DNA of 64,000 nucleotides. It comes from Carcharhinus amblyrhynchos (Eukaryota). The stretch spans positions 31,806,001 to 31,870,000 of the forward strand of contig OZ336895.1 in NCBI GenBank assembly GCA_965287045.1, given 5' to 3'. A program made the translations under genes and the position numbers. This document shows positions 39,477 to 50,968 of the stretch, piece by piece. How positions within the stretch are numbered: position 1 is the stretch's first letter; each line of letters begins with the position of its first letter. A model generated the notes under the pieces. The model saw only the letters and a program-made list of their open reading frames with translations. It had not been told where the DNA came from and did not search any database.

Positions 39477-40762
39477 AAATAAGTCTTGCATTTACATAGG
39501 GCCATTCATGACAACCAGGTGTTTGGTTGCCAGGTGGCAGGGTGGCACAGTGGTTAGCACTGCTCCCTCACAGTGCCAGGGGCACAGCTCCGATTCCCGG
39601 CTTGGGTCACAGTGTGGAGTTTGCACATTCTCCCCGTGTCTGCATGGGTTTCATCTGGGTGCTCCGATTTCCTCCCATAGTCCAAAGGTGTGCAGGTTAG
39701 GTGGATTGGCCATGCTAAGTTGCTCCCCAGTGTCGGGGGACTAGCTAGGGTAAATGCGTGGGGTTATGGGGATAGGGTCTGGGTGGGATTGTGGTCGGTG
39801 CAGACTCAGTGGACCGAATGGCCACCTTCTGCACTGTAGGCACTCTATGATTCTGTAATTTAAAGGGCTTTAAGGCCAATGAATTATTTTTGATGTGTGC
39901 TTACTGTTGTGATGTAGGAAACACAGCAGTTAATTTAAACACAGCAAGCTCCCACAAACAGCAATGTGATAATGACTGGATTTTTAAAAATGTGACTTTG
40001 AGGGATAACTATCGGCAGCACAGTGGGGATAACTCCCCTCTTCTTTCCTGAAACAGTGCCACAGGATCCATCTGAGCAAGAAGGTAAGGGTTCAAGGGTT
40101 AACATCTCAGCCAAAGGAGGGTACCTCCAACAATGCAGCACTCTCTCAGCACGCCACTGGAGTGTCAACCTTGATTTTGTGCTCAAGCCCTGGATTGAAG
40201 GGGGACTTTTTTTTATTCATTCATGGGACTTGGATGTCACTGGCTGGCCAGCATTTACTGCCCATCCCTAGTTGCCTGAGGGCAGTTGAGAGTCAACCAC
40301 ATTGCTGTGGCTGTGGACTCACATGTAGGCCAGACCAGGTAGGGATGGCAGATTTCCTTCTCTATAGGACATTTTAAAAGGCAGTTACTTGGCTAAGATG
40401 GGTATAGAAGGATATGGGCCAAGTGTGGGTAATTGGGATTATCTTAGTGATTAAAAAAAAGGACGTCATGAACAAGTTGGGCTGAAGGGCCTGTATCCAT
40501 GCTGTAAACCTCTATGACTCTAGTGAACCGGATGGGTTTTTCCAACAATCAACAATGGTTTCATGGTCATCAGTAGATCTTTAAGTCCAGATTTTTTTTA
40601 ATTGAAATCAAATTCCAAGATCTGATGGGATTCGAACCCAGCTGTCCAGAACATTAGCTGAGTTTCTGAATTAATAGTCTAGCGATAATAACATGAGGCC
40701 ATTGCCTCCCTAAACTGTGTGACTTAGAGGTGAGAGCGTTACACATTGAACCACAGCTGACA
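39477..40762 (-). mobile_element. Deu-domain SINE interrupted by a V-SINE (39535-39856, +) and a family 3 SINE (40208-40710, -) that itself contains a CR1 tail (40373-40522, +)
   Basis: Deu-SINE pieces are colinear once the inserts are removed (tail 39477-39530, body 39858-40200, head 40715-40762). Confidence 0.75.
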
Positions 40763-41035
40763 GCTGAGGATATATCCCCACCATTCCCAATTATATATCC
40801 TGTACATGAGAGTTCCTACTGGGATTTGATTCCAAATGGGCTGACCAGCTTCCAGTAACATGCACACAAGCTATCATTCACTGAGGATCATCTTATTTGT
40901 ACCTTCCTTCTCTGTATGGAGATCCTCCTCAATGTTTCATCACATGACCTCATGCTTCTAGCCAACCTTGCTGGTCAATGAGACACTTTTTCCCAGTCAC
41001 AAAACAAGCTTATATCTTTTAATGTTCCAAATTGT

Positions 41036-41345
41036 GGTTTAAGTTTATTTATTAGTGTCACAAATAAGCTTACATTAACACTGCAATAAAGTTACTGTGA
41101 AAATCCTCTAGTCGCCAACACTCCAACATCCGTTCGGGTACACAGAGGGCAAATTTAGCATGGCAAATGCACCTAACCAGCACATCTTTTGGCCTGTGGG
41201 AGGAAACCAGGGCACCTGGAGAAAACCCATATAGATATGGGGAGAACGTGCAGACTCCACACAGACAGTGACTGAAGCTGGGAGTCGAACCCAGGTCCAT
41301 GCCGCTATGAGGCAGCAGTGCTAACCACTGTGCCACTGTGCCGTC
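41036..41345 (-). mobile_element. V-SINE, type B
   Basis: Full copy. Confidence 0.9.
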
Positions 41346-44329
41346 CTTTGTCCACAAGTGTCAAGAGATTAATCTTTATGTCATTGGATGGTCCAAAAGA
41401 ATCATGGGGGATTGGAATCCCTACTTGTAACAGGGATCACTGGACAGTATTTAGGGTGGAAGCCACACTAATGTTTTCCATCTGACAGTTACATCTGTGA
41501 ACTTGCAGATGTCTTTTGCCCAGTAACACACGATACAGTATAGTTACCCAAAAAGGCTCGTGATTGTGATTAATGCTACACAATTAAGTTGAACAGATCC
41601 ACACTCCAAAGCCATGTGCCTTAGACCACACAAAATTGCCCCTTAGTGGCAGGGGGAGTAGCAGGGTAAATACATGGGATTACGGGATAGGGTGGGATTG
41701 TTGTTGATGCAGGCTCGATGGGCTGAATGGCCTCCTCTTGCACTGTGAGGATTCTGTGATTCTATGAAAACTTATATCTTGTTCACAAAAGCTGTCATCA
41801 TTGTTCCATGGAACAGGTCAACATTTTTATCATGAGGGTGCATTCTTTCATTGGTTTTCTGCGGTGTCCTGTGGCCAGGCTATGACTGATGTGATTGTAT
41901 TATAAAAATGTCACATTATACCAGCAAATCATCCATGGTATTGCTCATGGTAGGTCAGTTGATAATCTATTTTATAAGAACAGGAACATTATACCATTTA
42001 ACACATCATACATCATTCTGTTGCTAAAGAGGATCGCTGTGTAACCTGACCCATCCATTGTGAGCCTGCAAGGTCTTATTGCTGGGAGTAGGTATATTTT
42101 GAGGTCAATTAAAGGGTATTTTCTGTTGCTGAGCAAAAAGAAGAAATGATTGGTTCCCCTTCCCTTTTTTTTTAGTGTGACACAGAATTTACATATGTGA
42201 CAAAATAAGACATCTGAATTGTGACAGGCGCATCTCAAATCTAGTTTAATATTCACTGTGTACTCATCTTTATTCAAAGTTACTTAATTAAATTATCTCT
42301 GAATTTAAATTGAAGCCTTGCAAAAAATCTTCCCCTTAATATTAAAATTACTTAATTTGCACTGCCTGCTAATTCACTATTTTTTCAAGCAAAGCATGAC
42401 TTTAAATTAGCAGGAAGATACACAAGGTGTGTGTCTGTGTGTGTGTGCATTTTTGTATATGTTTGTGTGTGTCTGCGCATGTTTGTGTGAGACTATGGGG
42501 CCGATTTTACCATCACATCGTGCCTGGGCAATGCCACCCTGGTACCTGGGCAATGCCCACTGGGCAGTGTTGAGGTGGGGGCAGAGTCAGTGGGGGAAGG
42601 GGCCCACTGCCACTCTGCAGCAATCAGCGGAGAGGGAGAGTGACACATACACAATCGTTGGGGGGAGGGTTTCCGCGATCGGCTGGGCGGGGAGGGGGGG
42701 GGGCGTCAACGTTGGCTGTATCTTGGGCTGCGGGCCCCAGCGATTGCTGGGGGGGGGGTAGCGGTTGCTCTTTTAGGCAGCCTACACTAGCAAGGGCCTG
42801 ACAGACACTTTTCTGTCAGACACCTGCTACTGCTAATGCGCATGTGCAGTATCAGAGGCCTGCGCATGTGCACTACTTCCCTCTGCTGGCTTTCAGACAC
42901 GTAAAGCCCCACCCACAGTCTTCTCCAGCGAGCAACAGGCTCAGTGATATTTTTACAGGCAGAGTGCATGGGGGGGGGGGTTGCTGAAAAACACGCCCAA
43001 AAGACATCTGAAACTCTCCCAATTTCAAGTCATGCCCAGCACAAGTCACGCCAGTGTGTTTTTTGTGTATGTTGTGCGTGTGTGTTTTGTTTGTGTGAGG
43101 CTCTGAACATTGTTTGTGTGAGTGTTATTGTATATGTGTGAGTGTTTGCATGTGTGTAGCTCAATTTGCATAGTTTTTACAGCTGATTTTCACTGGAGTC
43201 AATTTAAAAATGGAATTCTCCGGCCCAACCTGCCACTGGGATCATCCAAATCCGCTGAAAGTCAATGGACAGTTGGCTGGGCTGCTGAATCTCCCGCGGT
43301 GGGTCCTACCACGACGGGGCTGGAAAATACCAGCATTGCCTCTGTTATGGAGACTGCCTTTTGTTGTTGTCACACAAAACATTCACACGATCACAAGAAT
43401 GCCCCTGATGATGGAAGCCTTTCAGCCCATTTAATCGCATCCTTTTATAGGTGAACATCCATTTACTGAATTAGGCAACACAAGACATTCTGATGATTCA
43501 CAACTGTTTTATTTTGAAATTATGGGTGGAATTTTCCAGTTGTTCCCATTCCAAAACCAGAAATTCCCACCAGGGGTTGACCGACCGTCGAATGGTCCAT
43601 CAAACTGTCCATCCCGCCCCGGACAGTTCCCACAGTGGGCACAGCCAGAACATTTACCACTATATCACAGCACAAATACTCGTTCCCACTCTTCCCTTCT
43701 GGATCCTCTGCGGATGTCTGTGACGGGGGACCGTGCACAACAACGGGGAGGAGTTCTGCCAAGGTGGATGGTCATGGAAGGGGGAGGGGGTGCGATCATG
43801 CAAGGATGTAAGGTGGGGGGACGTGCAGGGGTGGGTTGCAGAGGGGATCGTGAAGGGGTGGCTTGGGGGGGGCGCATGAAGTGGGTCCGCCAGGGGACTC
43901 ATCGGGAGGGACTTGATTTCCCGATGCCAACATCCTGTATTGGTGTGGGGTGGCTGCGGTGGGGGTAGCAGTAGCAATGCCACCAGTGATGGGGTCTGAT
44001 GTCCATGGGGGGTACTGGGAGGAGGTCTCCTGATTCACTGTCAGATTGAGGTGGCCTGCACAATAATGCTTAACACTCTAGAACCAGTTTCACCAGCTTA
44101 CTCAACCCCCCACCCCCCATCCCCAACCCCAAAGCTCCCAGCTGTCCTAGACATTGACAGAGTGCTGGAAGATTGCAGTGACGAGCTCGCCCAAAAGGCC
44201 AGAATGGAACACTTAGACACTTCTTTGGGATAGCTGCCCCTACATATCTGAAAGTGCCTGATGTTACAGGCAGGTTTATGCACTGTTGCCTGGGGTACTG
44301 TCGAAAGGAATGGCAATATGATAGCTATG

Positions 44330-44615
44330 GTTGGCACAGTGATTAGCACTGCTGCCTCACAGCACCATGGGCTCAGGTTCGATCCCCAGCTTGGGTCACT
44401 GTCTGTGTGGAGCCTGCACATTCTCCCTATGTCTGCATGGGTTTCCTCCAGGTGCTCCGTTTTCCTCCCACAGTCCGAAAGATGTGCTGTGTTGACCATG
44501 CTAAATTCTCCCTCAGTGTACCCAAACAGGCGCCGGAGTGTGGCGACCAGGGGATTTTCATAGTAACTTCATTGCAGTGTTAATGTATGCCTATTGTGAC
44601 ACTAATAAATAAGCT
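44330..44615 (+). mobile_element. V-SINE, type B
   Basis: Full copy. Confidence 0.9.
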
Positions 44616-45074
44616 CTAAGCTTAACTTTAGTGGTTAAGGCTGTGAACACTGGGTCAATTGAAATTTTCAAAATGGAAATGGGCAGACATTATTAGGCAG
44701 AGCTAACTGGGGATATGAATCAAAGACCTTAAGCTACAGCTCAGCCAAGATCTAAATAAATGACATACTTAGAACGTCTCAGTAGCCTTTCCTCTTCCTG
44801 CGTCCCTATGTTGAGCACCCCAGAGGTAATAACCTCCCATCCCACATGGCAAGTTCTGAAGTTGATTTCAACAAAGTAATTTATTTTTGTCACGGCTCCA
44901 GAAAGAAATTAATTATTGGTAATACCCAACCACTCCACTAATGTCCTTTCGGAGAGCAGAACAGCAACCCCACAAGTGACTTCAGTCAGACACACAGTAA
45001 TTGATTGTCACTTGGTAGTACCGTACTTGAATATTGCCGAAAAGAGAGACGTCGCTGAAACTTTTCCTGTTAAA

Positions 45075-45590
45075 ATCATACAGTGCAGAAGAGGCCCTTC
45101 GGCCCATCGAGTCTACACTGACACATTGGAAACATCTGAACTCCCACCATCTACCAGCACTTAGCCCATAGCCCTGAATGTTATGATGTGCCAAGTGCTC
45201 ATCCAGATACTTTTTAAAGGATGTGAGGCAACCTGCATCTACCCTCCTTCCAGGCAGCGCATTCCAGATCGTCACCACCTTCTGGCTAAAAAATGTTTTC
45301 CCTCACAGCCCCCCAAACCTCCTACCCCTCGCCTTGAACCAATGTCCCTTTGTGACTGACCCTTCGACTAAGGGGAACAGCTGCTTCTTTTCCACTCTGT
45401 CCATGTCCCTCATAATTTTGTACATCTTGATCAGGTTGCCCCTCAAGTCTTCACTGCTCCAATGAAAACAACCCAAGCGTACCCAACCTCTCTGTCTCAA
45501 ATGGTCCATTCCAGGCAGCATCCTGATGAATCTCCTCTGCATCCCCTCCAGTGCAATCACATCTTTCTTATAATGTGGTGACCAGAATCT
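45075..45590 (-). mobile_element. CR1 LINE 3' fragment
   Basis: FWSPHYKKDVIALEGMQRRFIRMLPG...; another CR1 tail lies at 45846-46119. Confidence 0.88.
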
Positions 45591-46444
45591 TGCACTCAAC
45601 AGGACAAATGCAAGAGCACCAAATTTCAAATGATCACAACAATTTGAGAAAAGAGTGCTGATCAGTTGGCAACTTGACTCTGATTAGCTGCAATATTGCC
45701 ATGAAGAAAGCAATGGGAATGATAGATTCCCCAAACTCCTGGGCAATTCATGGTGAGAATATTCCTCTTGGTTGCAGAAAATGAAATCACAGTTTAATAA
45801 CTTCAAAGGATACAGGTTGTAGCTTCAAGTTGTAAAGGGTTCATCACATAAGAACTAGGAGCAGGAGTAGGCCCCTCGAGCCTGCTCCACTATTCAATAA
45901 GATCATGCCTGGTCTTTTCGTGGACTCAGCTCCACTTAACCCCCTCCTCGCTGCCCTCATTATAACCCTTAATTCCTTTACTGTTCAAAAATTTATCTAT
46001 CCTTGACTTAAAAACATTCAATGAGGTAGCCTCAACTGCTTCACTGGACAGGGAATTCCATTTGAATGAAGAAGTTCCTCCTCAACTCAATCCTAAATCT
46101 GCTCCCCCTTATTCTGAGGGTATTTATTATTTATTTATTTTATTACCAACGATAAATAGATATACACAAACAAGGCTGTGACAGAACTGAACTCATGACC
46201 ACTCTCCACTCCTCCCTGGCTCCAACTGAGGCTCCTCCCCAAACCAGGACGGGTACCCTTGCCCCCGATGGGCTCGGCTTCCTCCGTTGCCTCTCCATAG
46301 GGTCCAACCTGATCACATGACACTCAGGGATTGCCCCCTTAAAGGGGCCATGTCATCATACACACCATGCAAGCTTGACAGAGATATTGAATGCACCAAA
46401 GCTATCCTGCAGAACAACCACTGTTCTAATCTGATCACTAAGAT

Positions 46445-46640
46445 GCAAGCAAAATACCGTGGATGCTGGAATCCGAAACAAAAACAGAAAATGCTGGAAA
46501 ATCTCAGCAGGTCCAGCAGCATCTGTGGAGAGAGAATAGAGCCAATGTTTTGAGTCAGGCTGACCCTTTGTCAGACTCTCCATTGGCACTATTCTGTCTC
46601 CTCAGTGGTTCTCAGACCTGCTGAGATTTTCCAGCATTCT
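46445..46640. mobile_element. Palindromic Penelope-derived element
   Basis: aatgctggaaaatctcagcaggtc ... gacctgctgagattttccagcatt inverted arms. Confidence 0.8.
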
Positions 46641-47498
46641 CTGATCTGAATTACAACAAGATAATGAACTCAATATACCCTTAGCCCCCGTCCCCTCCTC
46701 CGTCCCAGCAGGCTTCACGGAAAGCTAACTTGGTTTTTTTTGCACACTGGTGCAATTGCAGCATTTGCACGTCCGTGGAAAGCCAAATAAAAGTATGTTA
46801 ACATCTTTAATCTTTTTTTCACAATCAACCCACAGGAACATGATAAAAATTCCTCTCTTGTTGGCTGTTGAGACCCCCAAGTGAATGCGTTTCTGGCAGA
46901 TCTACACTAGTTAGCTGTTGGCTTGAGTCCACAGCGCAAGCTGTGATTTCGTTATAACTGCTCTAGAGAGAGTCAGGTTGTTTCGTTGATGTGCCAAGGG
47001 TTTCCCATCTTCATAAGTCGGGCTTCTCTCTCTCGATGTAACACAACACACAACCTGCTCCCAACAGCACTGTTTACATAATGAGGCTTAATTTGGATTT
47101 CGTCTGAACTAAATATTTAATATCCAAGCTAAATAAGTGCTTTTGAATGTCCAGTCACCCCTCCCCTCTCCCCCCCCCCAGACATTGGTTCCTCAACGCA
47201 TCCATACAGAAATTTGAGTTCATAACAAATTTCAAATTTACACCACTTTTCAGGGTGTCAAATAAATTGTTCCATTCGAAAACAAATTAAATTTACTGGG
47301 ATGATGACACACTGTTGGTATCAGGAAGATGTTCGATTGAATTTCAGGGAAATAATTCCAAACAGATCAAAGTAAGTAGGTTTTATTCAGCCTTTCGAAC
47401 AGTTTCTAACTTACATTCCCACCTGTACAATTTCATGTTAGCTGTAAGGAGGACACAAACAGACTGTAGAGGAATATAGACAGGTTGTATGAGTTACA

Positions 47499-47794
47499 GG
47501 GTGGCACAGTGATTAGCACTGCTGCCTCACAGCGCCAGGAACCCAGGTTTGATTCCTGGCTTGGGTCGCTGTCTGTGTGGAGTTTGCACATTCTCCCCGT
47601 GTCTGCCTGGGTTTCCTCCCATAGTCCAAAGATGCGCAGGTTAGGTGGATTGGCCATGCTAAATTACCCCTTAGTATCTGGGGGACCAGCTGAGTAAATA
47701 CATGTGGTTACAGGGATCGGGTGGGATTGTGGTTGGCGCAGACTCGATGGGCCAAATGGCCGCCTTCTGCACTGGAGGATTCTATGATCCTATG
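47499..47794 (+). mobile_element. HE1-like V-SINE, type A
   Basis: Full copy. Confidence 0.9.
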
Positions 47795-48019
47795 AGTGGG
47801 CAACTAGATGGCAGATTTTGTCTAATGTGAGAATGTGTGAAATTATTCATCAGGGTAGTGAGAATAAAAAAGAATATTTTTTGAAAAGGCGTGAAACCTT
47901 TACAAAGACTTGGAGTACACTTTGTACAAGGAACACAGAAAATTAGCACTCAAATATTGCAAGCAATTAGAATCTAAATGACATGTTGGCCTTTATTGCA
48001 AGGCGATTATAAGAACAAA

Positions 48020-48290
48020 GAAACAAAAACAGAAAATGGTGAAAAATTGCAGTAGGTCTGATGGCAACTGTGGAGAGAGAATAGAGCCAACATTTCAAGC
48101 CTGGATGACCCTTTGTCAGGGGTCTGAATAAGAGTCATCTAGACTCAAAACATTGGCATTCTGACAAAGAGTCATCTAGACTCAAAGCCGTTGGCTCTAA
48201 TCTCTCTCCACAGATGCTGTCAGACCTGTTGAGATTTTCCAACATTGTCTGTTTTTGTTTCAGATTCCAGCATCCGTAGTATTTTGCATT
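48020..48290. mobile_element. Palindromic Penelope-derived element inside an old CR1 (about 47795-48800)
   Basis: Long inverted arms with decayed hammerhead-like cores at the centre. Confidence 0.8.
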
Positions 48291-48955
48291 TACACAAGAA
48301 TAAGGAAGCCTTGCTACAATTGTACAGAGCTTTGATACGGTACCCCTATGGTACTTTGTGCAATTTTAGCCTCCATATCTAAGAAAAGCTATGCTTGTGT
48401 TGGAGGTCATGCTGCAAAGGTTCACCCAATAGATTCCTGGGATAAAAGGGGTCACGGGAGACTGAGTAAATTAAACATATAAACACTCTGGAGCATGGAT
48501 AAAGTGAGAGGTGATCTCACTGAAGGGACTTAACGTGAGAGAGGAATCTAGGTCACAGTCTCAGGATAAGGAGAAAATCATTTAGGAACGAGACAAGGAG
48601 AAATTTCAAATCTTTAGGATTTTTTCCACAGGAGGTTTGTTAAAGCTCCATTGCTGAGTATATTCAAGGTTAAGATAGATAGGATTTTCATTGCTCAGAG
48701 AATAAAGTGACTTGGGGTGCAGGTGAGAGAGTAGAGGTGAGACACAATCATATTGAATGGCAGAGCAGCTTCAAGGGACCACGTCGTCTACTCTTGCTCC
48801 TACTTCTTGTCTTCTTAAGCTATCAGGTCACTGGCCCATTTGGTTCATGTTGGTGTTTATTCTCCATGAGTTTCCTCCCACCTATCTTCATTTAACCCTA
48901 TTAGCATAATGTTCAATTCCTGTCTCCCTCGTGTGTTTAATCAGTTCCTTGTGAG

Positions 48956-49272
48956 GAATCATAGAATCCCTACAGTGCAAAAGCAGGCCATTTGACCCAT
49001 GGAGACTGCAACTACAACAATCCCACCCAGGTTCTATCCCTGTAACCCCATGTAGTTACACTGCTAATCCCTTTGACATTCAGGGTCAATTTAGCACGGC
49101 CAATCCACATAACCCGCATACTTTTGGAGTGTGGGAGGAATCCAGAGCACCCAGAGGAAACCCACGCAGACACGGGGAGAATGTGCAAACTCCACACAGA
49201 CAGTGACCTGAGGCCGGGAATTGAACCTGGGTCCTTGGTGCTGTGAGGCAGCAGTGCTAACCGCTGTGTCAT
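48956..49272 (-). mobile_element. HE1-like V-SINE, type A
   Basis: Full copy. Confidence 0.9.
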
Positions 49273-49464
49273 CAAGAGGGTGCAAGATTTAAACAAAAAC
49301 TTTTATCATTCTTAGTCAGCCAACCTCAGTCTCCAAAAGGTCAAGGAAAGGGCCAGAGTTTTTTTTGGATGAGTTCTCCGTATTTAGCTTCTGAATACAC
49401 AATTGAAGAAGGTTTTTAAGCAGGAATACTGACTCTGCATTTTCCTTTTATTTGTTCAATGAAG

Positions 49465-49596
49465 CATTCCTGGATCTGCCATCTGTGCCTTCGACATGGA
49501 GCAGATTTCCAGCATTTTTGACGGACGTTTCAAGGAGCAGAAATCCCCAGAGTCGATATGGACACCGGTTCCTGAGGAGTTGGTTCCAAAGCCAAG
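49465..49596 (+). CDS. SEMA6B: Semaphorin-6B internal exon, 132 bp
   Basis: Pyrimidine tract plus aag acceptor, AG|gtaaga donor, phase 2 to 2. (S)[43 protein letters not shown](R). Confidence 0.95.
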
Positions 49597-49776
49597 GTAA
49601 GAGAATCCTTCAAGGCCAAGAACACACAACACATTACAAAATGAAATAAATCTGCCTGAAGGTGAGGTGAAAGTAATATGAATGAAATGCTCTCTATATA
49701 TCGTAGGCATTGAGCTGTCAAAATAGTTATCAACACAATTAGACTGATACAACTGAGTGACTTATTCAGCAATTAT

Positions 49777-50465
49777 AGAGGGCAGTTAAGAGTCAACCAC
49801 ATTGCTGTGGCTCTGGAGTCACATGTAGGTCAGACCCAAGTAAGGACGTCAGATTTCCTTCCCTAAAGGACATTGCTGAACCAGATGAGTTTTTAATCCA
49901 CAGTGATCTCATGGTCACCATTACTGAGATTAGCTTTTAATTGGTGGGGCGGGGGGGGGGGGGGGGGGGGGGGCGCGATGGTCTAGAGGTATTATCGTTA
50001 CACGATTAATCTAGAAACTCAGCTAATATCCTGGAGACCTGAGTTCAAATCTGCCGCAGCAGAGGATAGAATTTGAATTTAATTTTTTAAGAATATCTGG
50101 ATTTAAGAATCGACTGATGACTATGAAAACATTGTTGATTGTCAGAAAAACCCATCTGGGTCTGTAATGTCTTTAAGGGAAGGAAATTTGCCACCCTTAT
50201 CTGATCTGGCCTACATGTGACTCCAGAGCCACAGCAATGTGCTTGATTCTCAACTGCCCTCTGAGCAAGGGCAACTAGAGATGGGCAATAAATGCTGGCC
50301 AGCCAGCGACACCTATGTCCCCTGAATGAATAAAAAAATACAGATTTGTAAACTTAATTTAAATCCCACTAATTGCTGTGGTGGGATTTGAACTCACGTC
50401 TCCAGGGCATTCACTTGGATCCCTGGATTACTCATCCAGTGACTTTGCCATTATGCCATCATCTT
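49777..50465. mobile_element. Family 3 SINE (-) with a second family 3 SINE (+, about 49970-50340) nested inside
   Basis: Outer core 49777-49940 and outer head 50341-50465 flank a complete plus-strand copy. A G-run occupies 49942-49973. Confidence 0.8.
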
Positions 50466-50479
50466 TCTCCCAACGCTCC

Positions 50480-50968
50480 ACATGCAGCAAGATCTTGGCA
50501 ACATTCAGGCTTAGGCTGATAAGTGGCAAGTAATACAAGTGCCAGTCATTAACCATCTCAACAAAACAGAATCTCTCCTTGACATTCAATGGCATTACTC
50601 AACATCCTGGGGGTCACTGTTGATGGGAAACTGAGTTGGGCTAGCTACATAATATTGCAGCCACAAGAACAGGTCAGAGGCTGGGAATCCTGTGCCGAGT
50701 ATTTACCTTGTAACATCCCAAAGCCTGTCCACCATCTATAAAGGTACAAGTCAGGCATGGCGTAGAATACTCTCCACTTGCCTGCATGAGTGCAGTTCAA
50801 CAACACACAAGAAGTTCAGCACTATTTAGAACAAAGCATTGTGGGTGTATCTACACCGTACAGATTCCAGTTAAGAAGGCAGCTCATCACCCCCTTCTCA
50901 AGGGCAGTTAACTTTTGGCAATAAGTGCTGGCCTTGCCAGCAACACTCACTTCCTGTGAATGAATAAA
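50480..50968 (+). mobile_element. Second CR1-group LINE, 3' fragment
   Basis: Decayed RT C-terminus (..ADKWQV.., NILGVTVDGKLSW) and tail ggcaataagtgctggcc...gtgaatgaataaaa. Confidence 0.78.
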
